Shown piece after piece: positions 21,416-32,573 of a stretch of DNA of 64,000 bases. Numbering within the stretch: position 1 is the first letter of the stretch; every line of letters starts with the position of its first letter. The position numbers were made by a program, and so were the translations under genes. The notes beneath the pieces were generated by a model that saw only the letters and a list, made by a program, of their open reading frames with translations, had not been told where the DNA came from and did not search any database. The stretch lies in assembly GCA_024239055.1 (NCBI GenBank), contig JANBVJ010000001.1:1277-65276 (forward strand). Direction: 5' to 3'. The stretch is from Patescibacteria group bacterium. GTDB lineage: Bacteria; Patescibacteriota; Minisyncoccia; Minisyncoccales; UBA10102.

Positions 21416-22690
21416 TTATCTGTGTTTTGAAAGCAAGTCAACCCTGTGAAGCTTTCTATGATAAGTAATGGCAAAACGGTGTGCTTCGTCCCGAATATGC
21501 AAAATAAGATTAGATATTCCACTACTTAAGTCTTTTAATAAAGTTGCTTCTCTTTTTTGAGGAAAGAATAACTCGTTATTTTTTTTAGCAATGGCTCCTA
21601 CTTTTATTCTTTTCTGCTGTTCTTTTGTCATTGATTTTAAGGTAGAAGACAGCTGTCCCTTTCCACCGTCAATAATCATGAGTTCAGGATACTTCCATTC
21701 TTTGTGCTTTAGTCGTCTTAAGATAAGTTCTTCCATCATAGCAAAGTCATTTGGAGTGCCTGTTATGTGTATCTTAAACTTTCTATACTCCGACTTTGCT
21801 GGTTTTCCGTTCTCAAAGACAACCATGGAACCAGTAGCTTCTTTACCCTGAATATTGGAAATATCGTATGCCTCTACTCTGCGTATGTTCTTTCGTGTGT
21901 TTAAGAGTTTTTGAAGATTTTTATTTGTTTTATCCCAGTCTATTGGAGTTCTTTGATAGTAAGGAGTAAGAATTCTTGAGTGCGCAATTATTGCTTCTAA
22001 ATCCTCAATTTGATCTCTTAATCTGCCTGCCTTTTCATATTCATGGGCCTTTGAAGATTCTTTCATTTCTTTACGAAGAGATCTTATGACTGAGGTTCTT
22101 TTTCCTTTGAGTACTGCGGTGAGGTTTTTGATGTCTTTTTTGTATATGGTAATTTCTGGTTTGTTTCCAGGGCAGAGATTAAGATGGCAGTACTGACAGG
22201 GGCGTACAGTGTGTGTCTTAGTTGTTAGATAGGGGAATGCCTTTCGTAGGTTTCTTAGTGTTCTTTTTAAAGGCTTTCCTTCCACAAAGGGGCCAATATA
22301 TGTTATTTTCTTATCTTTTGGTTGGTGGGTAATAAATACCCTTGGAAGAGTTTCTTTTGTTATTGCAACAAAAAAGTAGTTCTTGTCATCTTTCCACATG
22401 ACATTATACTTTGGAGTACGTTTCTTAATGAGTTGAGATTCCAAAAGCAGAGCCTCAATCTCAGAGTCGGTTTCTATATATCCAACTTTCTTTATCTGCT
22501 CCATAAACAAGTTATCCCTGTATGAGGGTTGTTTGAAGTGATTTTGAATACGTGCTTTAAGGCGTGCTGCCTTACCTATATATATAACCTCTTTTGCACC
22601 TTTAAATGCATATACTCCAGGAGTATTGGGAATTGATACAATATTATCTATTTTTATGTATTTAAAACTACCCATATAGTCATTATTCAT
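21416..22690 (-). CDS. uvrC: Excinuclease ABC subunit C, short form (no C-terminal HhH2 domain)
   Basis: 424-aa ORF with a GIY-YIG N-terminus (PGVYAFKGAKEVIYIGKA...), a UVR motif (HEYEKAGRLRDQIEDLEAI) and the RNase-H-like endonuclease region (VEAYDISNIQGKEATGSMVVFENG...IIDGGKGQL). It ends about 150-180 aa before typical UvrC proteins do. Confidence 0.85.
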   Translation of the reverse strand: MNNDYMGSFKYIKIDNIVSIPNTPGVYAFKGAKEVIYIGKAARLKARIQNHFKQPSYRDNLFMEQIKKVGYIETDSEIEALLLESQLIKKRTPKYNVMWKDDKNYFFVAITKETLPRVFITHQPKDKKITYIGPFVEGKPLKRTLRNLRKAFPYLTTKTHTVRPCQYCHLNLCPGNKPEITIYKKDIKNLTAVLKGKRTSVIRSLRKEMKESSKAHEYEKAGRLRDQIEDLEAIIAHSRILTPYYQRTPIDWDKTNKNLQKLLNTRKNIRRVEAYDISNIQGKEATGSMVVFENGKPAKSEYRKFKIHITGTPNDFAMMEELILRRLKHKEWKYPELMIIDGGKGQLSSTLKSMTKEQQKRIKVGAIAKKNNELFFPQKREATLLKDLSSGISNLILHIRDEAHRFAITYHRKLHRVDLLSKHR

Positions 22691-22700
22691 TGTTTTTAGA

Positions 22701-22755
22701 TAAAAAAGAAGACCGTCTAGTCTGTTTTCGCTTGCGCGATTGCAGACTAGACGGC
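22701..22755 (-). terminator. Intrinsic terminator on the minus strand (13-bp stem plus T-run), probably the 3' end of the RNase P RNA transcript
   Basis: On the minus strand GCCGTCTAGTCTG ... CAGACTAGACGGTC is followed by TTCTTTTTTA. Confidence 0.6.
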
Positions 22756-23037
22756 AGTAGCATTCCTGTCAGGGAGTATGATTCTCCCCTTTTTGGACAT
22801 TTATGCCTTTGTTGTGGGCCAGTCATTAGTTGGCCATTTTCCGAAACACAGAAAGGTTTCTAATGATAGATACCTTCCCAGTAATGTCGTTGTCGAGAGA
22901 TACATTCATATATCTATTCAGTGAGACCTGTGGCGTTCTCTCGTTCTACCACAGGCCAAAACTAGGGGCTTTCCTTTTCACGTTCACCTCTCCTCTTAGG
23001 TGCTTACGAGTGTCGGTTTAATGACTCCGACTCTCGT
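22703..23037 (-). ncRNA. rnpB: RNase P RNA (reduced bacterial type); ends approximate
   Basis: The minus strand carries a CR-I-like GAAAAGGAAAGCCCC (plus 22965-22977) and AGAACGCCACAGG. A CR-IV/V-like block AATGACTGGCCCACAACAAAGGCATAA (plus 22801-22827) parallels E. coli AATGACTGTCCACGACAGAACCCGGCTTA. There is no credible ORF. It has its own TTGACA-N17-TATAAA promoter and a downstream terminator. I could not identify P1/P2 pairing by eye. Confidence 0.55.
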
Positions 23038-23043
23038 TTATAC

Positions 23044-23072
23044 TTTATATATCTGTGGAAAGAAAATGTCAA
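23044..23072 (-). promoter_or_regulatory. Sigma-70-type promoter of the RNase P RNA gene
   Basis: The minus strand reads TTGACA (23072-23067), a 17-nt spacer, then TATAAA (23049-23044). Confidence 0.6.
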
Positions 23073-23101
23073 TGCTTATTATACACACAAAGAGTCAGTC
23101 C

Positions 23102-23130
23102 TTGATTTCTCTTTATTCTTCGTGTATACT
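23102..23130 (+). promoter_or_regulatory. uvrA promoter
   Basis: TTGATT (23102-23107), 17 nt, TATACT (23125-23130). This places the transcription start downstream of the GTG at 23122 and supports the ATG at 23146 as the uvrA start. Confidence 0.55.
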
Positions 23131-23145
23131 AATCCGCATTGCCTT

Positions 23146-25935
23146 ATGAAAAATACTATTCGCATCAGAGGAGCTAAGGTCCACAACTTAAAGAATGTGA
23201 GTGTGGACATTCCCAAAGATAAACTTGTTGTCATTACCGGACTTTCTGGTTCGGGTAAATCCTCTCTTGCGTTTGATACTCTGTATGCTGAAGGTCAGAG
23301 AAGATATGTGGAGAGTTTGTCAGCATATGCCCGTCAGTTTCTGGGTATTATGGACAAACCCGATGTTGAAAGTATTGAAGGTATCTCACCTGCCATTGCA
23401 ATAGACCAGAGAAAAGGGTCACATAATCCTCGTTCCACAGTTGGAACTATTACGGAGATATATGATTATCTCCGGCTTTTGTTTGCAAGAATTGGCATAC
23501 CGCATTGTCCTGAGTGCGGAAATCCTGTAAGCCGCCAGTCAGTTACGCAGATTGCAGACCAGATATTAAAGCAACCAGTAAATTCTGAAATTGGTATTCT
23601 TGGTCCATTAGTCAGGCACAGAAAGGGTGAACATAGGGGAGTCTTGGAAGAGGTTGAGCGTGGAGGTTTTGTACGGGTCAGGATAGATGGCATTGTGTGT
23701 CGTCTGGAAGAGGCACTACAACTGGAGTTAGATAGACAGAAGTATCATTCCATTGAGGTTGTGGTAGACAGGTTAGTTATTGAAAAGGAACTTGATCGTC
23801 CTCGTCTAGTTGATTCTTTAGAAACTGCTCTGCGGCTTGGGAAAGGGCTTGTTATGGTGCAAATTCAAGACCCAAAGAAGAAAAAGCCGGAGGTTTTAAT
23901 ATTTTCTGAGAGATTTGCCTGTGAAGACTGTGGGGTTAACCTTCCTGAGATTGAGCCACGTATCTTTTCTTTTAACTCTCCCTTTGGAGCATGTACTTCA
24001 TGTCAGGGATTGGGAGAGAAGTTGGAGGTCTCACCCGAGCTTGTTATTCCAAATCCTAGTCTATCTGTTGCGGAAGGCGCTATTTTCCCTTGGGCTCGTG
24101 CTTCCCATAAGGTTGGAAGACAAGGATTCTTTTGGTGGAAGTTGGAAGAACTGTCTAAGGTAGCAGGATTTTCTCTTCAAAAACCCTTCAAGGCGCTTTC
24201 CAAAAAGACGCAGCAGCTGATATTGAACGGAGATGGAGACTTTGAGGGTGTAATTCCGTGGTTGGAGAGAAGATATCATGAGACTGACTCTGAACACGCA
24301 AGAGAAGAGATAGAGCAGTATATGATAGAAAGGGTGTGTGAGAAGTGTGAAGGTAGGCGTCTAAAGCCAGAAGTCCTTTCAGTTACAATAGCTGGAAGTT
24401 CTATTAACGACATTGTAACAATGCCAGTTGAGAACTCGCGTGACTTTTTTAAGAGTCTAAAGAATATATTAAAAGAAGGGGAAAAGAAGATAGCTCTCCC
24501 AATAGGAAAGGAAATTGAGAGCAGATTGCAGTTCTTAATGGATGTTGGATTGGATTATCTGACTCTATCAAGAAAGGCAGGAACGCTTTCAGGAGGTGAG
24601 GAGCAGAGAATACGTCTAGCTACCCAGATAGGCTCAAAACTCACTGGAGTACTATATATACTAGACGAACCCTCCATAGGCCTTCATTCAAGAGACCAGG
24701 ATAGATTGATTACTACTCTCAAGCAGCTTCGAGACCTGGGAAACAGCGTTGTTGTTGTAGAACACGATCCCGCAACCATTATGTCAGCTGACTGGATTAT
24801 TGATGTAGGTCCTGGGGCTGGAAAACACGGAGGGGAGATAATCTTTAAGGGAACCCCAAAGCAGATTCTAAAGTCCTCAACTCTTACGGGCCAGTATCTT
24901 TCTGGGAAAAAGAAGATAGATATTAAACAGCGCGCGCAAGGTAACGGAAAGTATCTTGTAGTAAAGGGAGCGAAAGAGCACAACTTAAAAGATATTGATG
25001 TAAAGATTCCTTTGGGTAAGTTTGTTTGTATTACCGGGGTTTCGGGTTCTGGAAAGTCTTCTTTTGTGAATGATATTCTAGCCCGTTCTCTGTTAAGAAA
25101 GTTTTACCGGGCAAAGGATGAGCCAGGGGAGCATAAAGAAATTACCGGAACTGAGCACTTAAACAAAGTGGTCTTGGTGGATCAGTCGCCTATTGGCAGG
25201 ACTCCAAGGTCTAATCCCGCAACCTATACTACAGCTTTTTCTGTTATTCGAGAGTTATTTTCCAGGACCAAGGAGTCAAAGATTAGAGGATATACTCCCG
25301 GGCGTTTCTCTTTTAACGTTAAGGGTGGAAGGTGTGAGGCATGTGAAGGACAGGGATTAAAGAAGATTGAGATGTATTTTCTCCCAGATGTGTATGTGGA
25401 GTGTGAGGAGTGTGGAGGAAAGAGATATAACAAGGAGGTTCTGGAGATTGAGTATCGTGGGAAGAATATTGCAGATGTGCTTTCTATGACCGTGGAAGAG
25501 GGTATGGAATTTTTCAAACATATTCCTTCGGTCTTCGCAAAGTTGAAGACCTTGCATGAGGTGGGTTTGGGATATATTGAGTTGGGGCAGCCAGCTCCGT
25601 CTTTGTCTGGAGGTGAGGCTCAGCGTGTGAAGTTAGCTACAGAATTAGCCAAGAAAGCTACAGGAACTACATTATATATATTGGATGAACCTACAACCGG
25701 ACTGCACTATGACGATGTTGGGAAACTCCTCAGTGTTTTAGGTGAGCTTGTTGCAAAGGGGAATACCGTAATTGTTATTGAGCACCAGTTAGATGTAATA
25801 AAGTCAGCTGACTGGGTTATTGATATGGGTCCAGAAGGCGGGGAACAGGGAGGATACATTGTGGCTGAAGGTACTCCAAAGGAGATAGCAAAGATAAAGA
25901 AATCTTATACTGGACAGTATCTTAAAGCTGTTTGA
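23146..25935 (+). CDS. uvrA: Excinuclease ABC subunit A
   Basis: Starts [17 protein letters not shown]. It has two ABC ATPase modules ([23 protein letters not shown]), LSGGE signatures and zinc-finger cysteines. The track ORF begins at GTG 23122, which lies inside the promoter. Confidence 0.95.
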   Translation: MKNTIRIRGAKVHNLKNVSVDIPKDKLVVITGLSGSGKSSLAFDTLYAEGQRRYVESLSAYARQFLGIMDKPDVESIEGISPAIAIDQRKGSHNPRSTVGTITEIYDYLRLLFARIGIPHCPECGNPVSRQSVTQIADQILKQPVNSEIGILGPLVRHRKGEHRGVLEEVERGGFVRVRIDGIVCRLEEALQLELDRQKYHSIEVVVDRLVIEKELDRPRLVDSLETALRLGKGLVMVQIQDPKKKKPEVLIFSERFACEDCGVNLPEIEPRIFSFNSPFGACTSCQGLGEKLEVSPELVIPNPSLSVAEGAIFPWARASHKVGRQGFFWWKLEELSKVAGFSLQKPFKALSKKTQQLILNGDGDFEGVIPWLERRYHETDSEHAREEIEQYMIERVCEKCEGRRLKPEVLSVTIAGSSINDIVTMPVENSRDFFKSLKNILKEGEKKIALPIGKEIESRLQFLMDVGLDYLTLSRKAGTLSGGEEQRIRLATQIGSKLTGVLYILDEPSIGLHSRDQDRLITTLKQLRDLGNSVVVVEHDPATIMSADWIIDVGPGAGKHGGEIIFKGTPKQILKSSTLTGQYLSGKKKIDIKQRAQGNGKYLVVKGAKEHNLKDIDVKIPLGKFVCITGVSGSGKSSFVNDILARSLLRKFYRAKDEPGEHKEITGTEHLNKVVLVDQSPIGRTPRSNPATYTTAFSVIRELFSRTKESKIRGYTPGRFSFNVKGGRCEACEGQGLKKIEMYFLPDVYVECEECGGKRYNKEVLEIEYRGKNIADVLSMTVEEGMEFFKHIPSVFAKLKTLHEVGLGYIELGQPAPSLSGGEAQRVKLATELAKKATGTTLYILDEPTTGLHYDDVGKLLSVLGELVAKGNTVIVIEHQLDVIKSADWVIDMGPEGGEQGGYIVAEGTPKEIAKIKKSYTGQYLKAV

Positions 25936-26025
25936 GGATTGACAGGGGTACTGTTTTGTGGTATTTAATTCTTAGTTTATATGGCAGCTAACTTTTCTAC
26001 GGAAATATAGCAAAGGATCGTAGTA

Positions 26026-26223
26026 ATGGATGATAAGTTTGTTGATCTTGTGCAAGCCGCAGCGGAAGCTCGGGGCGAATCACCGGTTCCCAGGAAGTGC
26101 ATCGTTGATGCCCTTGATATAATTGAGCGCAAAGAAGCAGACGTGGAGCGTTATCCAGGAGGAGTTCCTTCTCTGATGGATGTTTTCACTCTTGCGACTC
26201 AGCTGCATCAGGAGAGCGCCTAA
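26026..26223 (+). CDS. Small acidic hypothetical protein (65 aa)
   Basis: A stand-alone unit with promoter TTGACA-N17-TATTTA just after uvrA, AAAGGA before the ATG, and hairpin plus T-run after the stop. I recognise no family. Confidence 0.45.
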   Translation: MDDKFVDLVQAAAEARGESPVPRKCIVDALDIIERKEADVERYPGGVPSLMDVFTLATQLHQESA

Positions 26224-26244
26224 GAATCATAGATCGCGCAAAAC

Positions 26245-26275
26245 AAGGCCGTCACATAGTGGTGGCCTTTTTTTA
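26245..26275 (+). terminator. Intrinsic terminator
   Basis: AAGGCC ... GGCCTT stem followed by TTTTTT. Confidence 0.6.
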
Positions 26276-26287
26276 CTTCTATATGTC

Positions 26288-26315
26288 TTGACATTTCTTT
26301 TGATTCCTATAAGAT
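26288..26315 (+). promoter_or_regulatory. groES-groEL promoter
   Basis: TTGACA (26288-26293), 16-nt spacer, TAAGAT (26310-26315), immediately upstream of the CIRCE operator. Confidence 0.6.
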
Positions 26316-26321
26316 AGGAAA

Positions 26322-26348
26322 TTAGCAGTCGAAACGCTTAAGTGCTAA
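26322..26348 (+). promoter_or_regulatory. CIRCE operator (HrcA-binding inverted repeat)
   Basis: TTAGCAGTC-N9-AAGTGCTAA compared with the consensus TTAGCACTC-N9-GAGTGCTAA. It lies between the promoter and groES. Confidence 0.85.
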
Positions 26349-26364
26349 AAACTAATATAATTTA

Positions 26365-28294
<1,930 letters not shown>

Positions 28295-28302
28295 ACACTA
28301 CA

Positions 28303-28326
28303 AAGCCCCTGAAAGGGGGTTTTTGG
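28303..28326 (+). terminator. Intrinsic terminator after groEL
   Basis: CCCCT GAAA GGGGG hairpin followed by TTTTT. Confidence 0.6.
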
Positions 28327-28327
28327 C

Positions 28328-28356
28328 TTGACATTTATTCTAAATTCTGGTATGTT
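28328..28356 (+). promoter_or_regulatory. Promoter of the small ORF downstream of groEL
   Basis: TTGACA, 17 nt, TGG-TATGTT (extended -10). Confidence 0.55.
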
Positions 28357-28402
28357 TTCCACCAGTAGTAGAGATGTACGATGTCCTTGGGAGGTATTGG
28401 TA

Positions 28403-28606
28403 ATGAAAATTGAAATCCTATTTGCTGAAGATGTTTCTTCTGAGCGAGCTAAGGAGTCCTTAGGAAAACTCAATCTACCCAGTGAATTCATTGAGCTTCC
28501 CCCATTCGGTGACCTCGCCTTTTTTTCTGTCGAGGTGCCCGACTCTGACGTTGAATCCTGGAAGGAGAAGATCAAAAAAGCTCCTTTGGTAGTCGGCGTA
28601 CGGTAG
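28403..28606 (+). CDS. Small hypothetical protein (67 aa)
   Basis: The start MKIEILFAEDV is preceded by GGAGGTATTGGTA. The track ORF start at 28328 coincides with the -35 box, so I shortened it. I recognise no family. Confidence 0.45.
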   Translation: MKIEILFAEDVSSERAKESLGKLNLPSEFIELPPFGDLAFFSVEVPDSDVESWKEKIKKAPLVVGVR

Positions 28607-28634
28607 TAACACTAGGCGTACGGTAGTAACGCTA
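28595..28634 (+). repeat. 20-bp tandem duplication (GGCGTACGGTAGTAAC-AC/GC-TA x2) spanning the stop codon of the small ORF
   Basis: Direct reading: 28595-28614 and 28615-28634 differ at one base. Confidence 0.8.
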
Positions 28635-28675
28635 AAAATCCTGTTGGTTCGTTTACGGCAGGATTTTTCTTTTTG
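28635..28675 (+). terminator. Intrinsic terminator
   Basis: AAAATCCTG ... CAGGATTTT stem followed by TCTTTTT. Confidence 0.65.
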
Positions 28676-28742
28676 TCTGTTATTGCAAGAGCTGTATTTC
28701 TCTTATATAATAGAGGTATTATGAATACTTTATATTATATAC

Positions 28743-29276
28743 ATGAAGTATTGTCCTACATGTAATATTAGTTTGGAGAAGTCATTTGTTGCCGGAGTTG
28801 AGGTGGATAACTGTCCAAGATGCTACGGTCTTTTTTTTGAGGAGTATGAGTTGGCTCAAGCAAAGGATGCAAGAGACAGAGATTTAAGATGGTTGGATAT
28901 TGAACTTTGGCGAGACCCAGAGCATTTTCATGTTGCGTCGGGTAAAAAGATGTGTCCTGCAGACCGTATGCCAATGTATGAGGTACGATATGGAGATTCT
29001 TCTATTCGCGTGGATGTATGCAATGTGTGCAGGGGAGTATGGCTTGACCGTGGAGAATTTAAGGATATAATTGGGTATCTGAGGAAAGAGGCGAACGAGA
29101 AGGTATTGCACCATTATTTGCATACTGTTTCAGAGGAGTTATGGGAGGTGTTTTCAGGTCCTGAGATACTCAGAGAAGAGTTATTAGATTTTATTGCCGT
29201 TGTAAAGCTTATGCAGTATAAGTTTGCCGCACAGCATCCAGCATTAACCCAGCTCATTGTTTCTTTGCCAAAATAA
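28743..29276 (+). CDS. Protein with two zf-TFIIB-type zinc ribbons
   Basis: 177-aa ORF with CPTCNISL...VDNCPRCYGLFFEEYEL and CPADRMPM...VDVCNVCRGVWLDRGEF, the PF13453-type pattern CPxC...CxxCxGxWxDxxE. Confidence 0.65.
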   Translation: MKYCPTCNISLEKSFVAGVEVDNCPRCYGLFFEEYELAQAKDARDRDLRWLDIELWRDPEHFHVASGKKMCPADRMPMYEVRYGDSSIRVDVCNVCRGVWLDRGEFKDIIGYLRKEANEKVLHHYLHTVSEELWEVFSGPEILREELLDFIAVVKLMQYKFAAQHPALTQLIVSLPK

Positions 29277-29281
29277 GTTCA

Positions 29282-29365
29282 GGAGGAGTCGGATAGCGGT
29301 TTATTCCACACGCTTGGAAAGCGTGCAAGCGTAAGCTTACGTGGGTTCGAATCCCACCTCCTCCG
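29282..29365 (+). tRNA. tRNA-Ser (anticodon GGA), long variable arm, no encoded CCA
   Basis: GGAGGAGTCGGATAGCGGTTTATTCCACACGCTTGGAAAGCGTGCAAGCGTAAGCTTACGTGGGTTCGAATCCCACCTCCTCCG. The acceptor stem is GGAGGAG/CTCCTCC, the anticodon loop is TTGGAAA, and the T-arm is GTGGGTTCGAATCCCAC. Confidence 0.9.
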
Positions 29366-29378
29366 CTGATATAGTTAT

Positions 29379-30335
29379 ATGAAGATTGATTCTATTTCTC
29401 GAAAACAGAGTTTTATTGGTATAATTATTGTTTTAGTTATAGTCGGTTTAGTTTATGGTTTGTATTTTTATTCCCAGAGAAATCCATTTGAAGCAGTTAA
29501 AGAACCTATCCTAAACGAAAATAGTATTTCTTCTGCACCTCAGGTTTATATTTCTTCTAATGTATTACAACAAGGGGATACTCTTTTAATTAACATTGAG
29601 GGTGATGATTTGGAGTCTGAAATTAGTGGAAAATTTGGATCAACAAAAATAGATTTTTTTAAACTCGATAATTATGAAGGTTTAGTTGGTATTACGGGGA
29701 TTGATGTAAAAAAAGAATCTGGGAAATATAATTTAGTTATTGATTTTTCCGGCAGGAATAAGTTTGAAAAAGAGATAGAAATAATTGAATATGAATTTCC
29801 TATTACAGAGCTTTTAATCACTGAAGAACTTAAGGAAAAGGGTTACACTCCTTTGAGAATTGTAGAAAATATCATAACTCATGAGAATGTAATCTTAAAA
29901 GAAATCATTAGCATTCATACACCAGAGGCATATTTTAATACGGTTTTTATTAATCCACTTGGGGAAATTGATATAGTAGGGGCTTTTGGAAATATTAGAA
30001 CAAGCGGAAATATAACGGCACAACATTTAGGAGTAGATCTTGATGCTTTAGTTGGCACACCGGTCTATGCTGTTAATGCCGGTGTGGTTAGATTTTCCCA
30101 AAATTTAAATACTTACGGTAAAACCTTAATAATTGACCATGGTCTTGGAATTCACTCTCTTTATTTACATTTGAATGAATTCAAAGTCTCAAATGGAGCA
30201 AAAGTTAAACAGGGAGATATTATAGGTCTTTCGGGAAATACCGGGTATTCAATAGCGCCACATCTTCACTTTTCAATAAAAGTTAATGGTTCGAACGTAA
30301 ACCCACTGAAATTTATTGAAACAATGAAAAAATAA
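29379..30335 (+). CDS. M23 family metallopeptidase (LytM-like), membrane anchored
   Basis: 318-aa ORF with an N-terminal TM helix and M23 motifs HLGVDLDA, IIDHGLGIHSLYLHL and GNTGYSIAPHLHFSIKVNG. Confidence 0.85.
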   Translation: MKIDSISRKQSFIGIIIVLVIVGLVYGLYFYSQRNPFEAVKEPILNENSISSAPQVYISSNVLQQGDTLLINIEGDDLESEISGKFGSTKIDFFKLDNYEGLVGITGIDVKKESGKYNLVIDFSGRNKFEKEIEIIEYEFPITELLITEELKEKGYTPLRIVENIITHENVILKEIISIHTPEAYFNTVFINPLGEIDIVGAFGNIRTSGNITAQHLGVDLDALVGTPVYAVNAGVVRFSQNLNTYGKTLIIDHGLGIHSLYLHLNEFKVSNGAKVKQGDIIGLSGNTGYSIAPHLHFSIKVNGSNVNPLKFIETMKK

Positions 30336-30375
30336 AAGAATTGTCAATTAAGCAGTTCTTTGGTAAAGTTGAATT

Positions 30376-30807
30376 ATGAAAGTCTTATTTATTCTTTTCG
30401 TTTTTCTTTTTGTTATTGTTATCGCTGGAGTATTTTTATTTAAAGGAGATAAGGATATTGTTGAGGAATCTCCTTCTGATTTGATTGTGCCAACAGGAAT
30501 AGAAAATACAGTAACGTATGGTGATGATGGATATATTCCAGCTTCCCTTACGATTTCCATAGGAGATACAGTTATATTTCAGAACATGAGTTTAAGGTCT
30601 ACGTGGCCAGCTTCCAATGCTCATCCAACCCATACTCTATATCCTGGTTCAGGTATTCAAAAGTGCGGTGGAGGAGAGGCAATCTTTGATGCTTGTGGTG
30701 TGGTTCCTATTGGACAGGAATGGAAGTTTATTTTTACAGAACAGGGAACTTGGCGATATCATGATCATATGCGACCAAGTATGCAGGGTATTATCATTGT
30801 TGAGTAA
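30376..30807 (+). CDS. Membrane-anchored cupredoxin-like domain protein
   Basis: 143-aa ORF with an N-terminal TM helix. The C-terminal beta-sandwich-like region (SLTISIGDTVIFQNMS...HP...WRYHDHMRPSMQGIIIV) resembles plastocyanin/EfeO-type cupredoxins. The ligand set is uncertain. Confidence 0.5.
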   Translation: MKVLFILFVFLFVIVIAGVFLFKGDKDIVEESPSDLIVPTGIENTVTYGDDGYIPASLTISIGDTVIFQNMSLRSTWPASNAHPTHTLYPGSGIQKCGGGEAIFDACGVVPIGQEWKFIFTEQGTWRYHDHMRPSMQGIIIVE

Positions 30808-30809
30808 TT

Positions 30810-32570
30810 ATGAACTCTTCTGCTGTTGAAGACATAAAAAATAAGTTGGACATTACAGAAGTAGTGGGTTCTTACCTTACGCTTCAGAAGGTTGGAGTAA
30901 ACTTCCGTGCCAACTGTCCTTTTCATTCAGAGAAGTCGCCCTCCTTCTTTGTTTCGCCTACCCGTCAGATGTGGCATTGTTTTGGAGGATGTCAGACTGG
31001 AGGGGATATCTTTAAGTTCATTATGGATATTGAGGGTATTGAGTTTAAGGAAGCCCTAGAGATATTAGCTCAAAGAGCCGGAGTTGAGCTTCCAAAGTGG
31101 AGTCCTCAGGATGCCAAGTTAGTTTCTGAGAAAAAGCGCCTGTATGATATACAAGAACTCACAACCCAGTTTTTTGAGAAACAGCTAGAATCAACAACGG
31201 GAAAGAAGGTAAAAGCATACTTAAGGGAGCGGGGGTTATCAGAAGAAAGCATTACAACATGGAGAATAGGGTATGCTCCTGAAGGGAGGCGTGTACTTTC
31301 TGACTTTCTTGTAAAGAACGGATATACGCAAAACGAGATTGAAAAAGCAGGGCTTTCGGTACGTACTGAAAGAGGAAACTCCGATAGATTCTGGGGACGT
31401 ATTATGTTTCCAATTGCTGACCTTAATTCTCGTGTCATTGGTTTTGGAGGAAGATTGTTTGGAGAGGGAGATAAGGTTGCAAAGTATATAAATACATCTT
31501 CCACTCCTTTGTACGACAAGAGTAAGGTGGTATATGGTTTAGACAAAGCCAAGGTTGATATTAGAAAGAAGGACTTCTGTATTTTAGTTGAGGGGTATAC
31601 CGATGTTATTTTAATGGCGCAGGCCGGGCATACTAATATTGTCGCTTCATCAGGCACAGCTCTTACATCTTCCCAGCTCAGGATTCTCAAGCGTTATACA
31701 TCAGAGTTAATTACTGCATTTGACATGGATGTTGCGGGAGACAAGGCAACAAAACGAGGTGTTGAGTTAGCGGTGCAGGAGGGATTTGATGTCAAGGTTA
31801 TTGTGATGCCTCATGGCAAGGATCCAGCTGATATGTCTACTAAAGAATCTGATAAAGAAGAGATGAATAAACTGATAAAGGAAGCGGGTTCTGTGATGGA
31901 CTTTTATTTAGCTTCAGCCTTAAAGTCATTTGATAAAACAACTTCGGATGGAAAGAGAAAGATTGGAAATGAAATCCTACCTATTCTTAGAAAGATACCA
32001 AGTAAAATTGAGCAGGCGCATTGGGTTAAACAATTGGCAGAAGAACTTGATGTTACAGAACAGATTATTGTAGAGGAATTGAATCGTGTTGCCAAACCAT
32101 CTGTTTTAAAACAGACAGATACTAAAAGCGCACCAGAGCGTCCTCAAAAATCAAGGCAAGAGCTTTTAGAAGAGCAGGTATTGGTACTCTTATTTCAGAG
32201 TCCGTCTATGTTGGGAGATATTACAGCAGAATACATTGAGTATTTCTCAGACCCATTTGTAGAGATGATTGAGAACTTAAGAAAGATTCCTTCCCTTGAG
32301 TTAGCGGAACTGAAGGATGTAGTGAATGCAGAGGCCTTTGAACAGTTAAAGCTTTTTTCTTTGAGAGCCGAGGTAGAAGAACGGGGGGATGAGGAGGAGG
32401 AACGGGAGTTTGCCGCATGTCTTCGTGAGATGAAGTTCTTGCATATTAAGGCAAAATTAGATAATCTTGCAAAGGAGATAAAAAAAGCAGAAGAGGCAAG
32501 AGATACTCTTCGTCTAAATACATTAATGCAGGAGTTTTATAAGATGTCCCAAGATCTTCATACGACGTAA
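30810..32570 (+). CDS. dnaG: DNA primase
   Basis: 586-aa ORF with the zinc ribbon [25 protein letters not shown] and the TOPRIM region [10 protein letters not shown]...[11 protein letters not shown]. Confidence 0.93.
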   Translation: [586 protein letters not shown]

Positions 32571-32573
32571 TTT

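Noticed and set aside
22830-23021. 63-aa plus-strand ORF between uvrC and uvrA
   Set aside because: It lies inside the RNase P RNA candidate, which carries conserved CR-like blocks on the opposite strand. It has no RBS.
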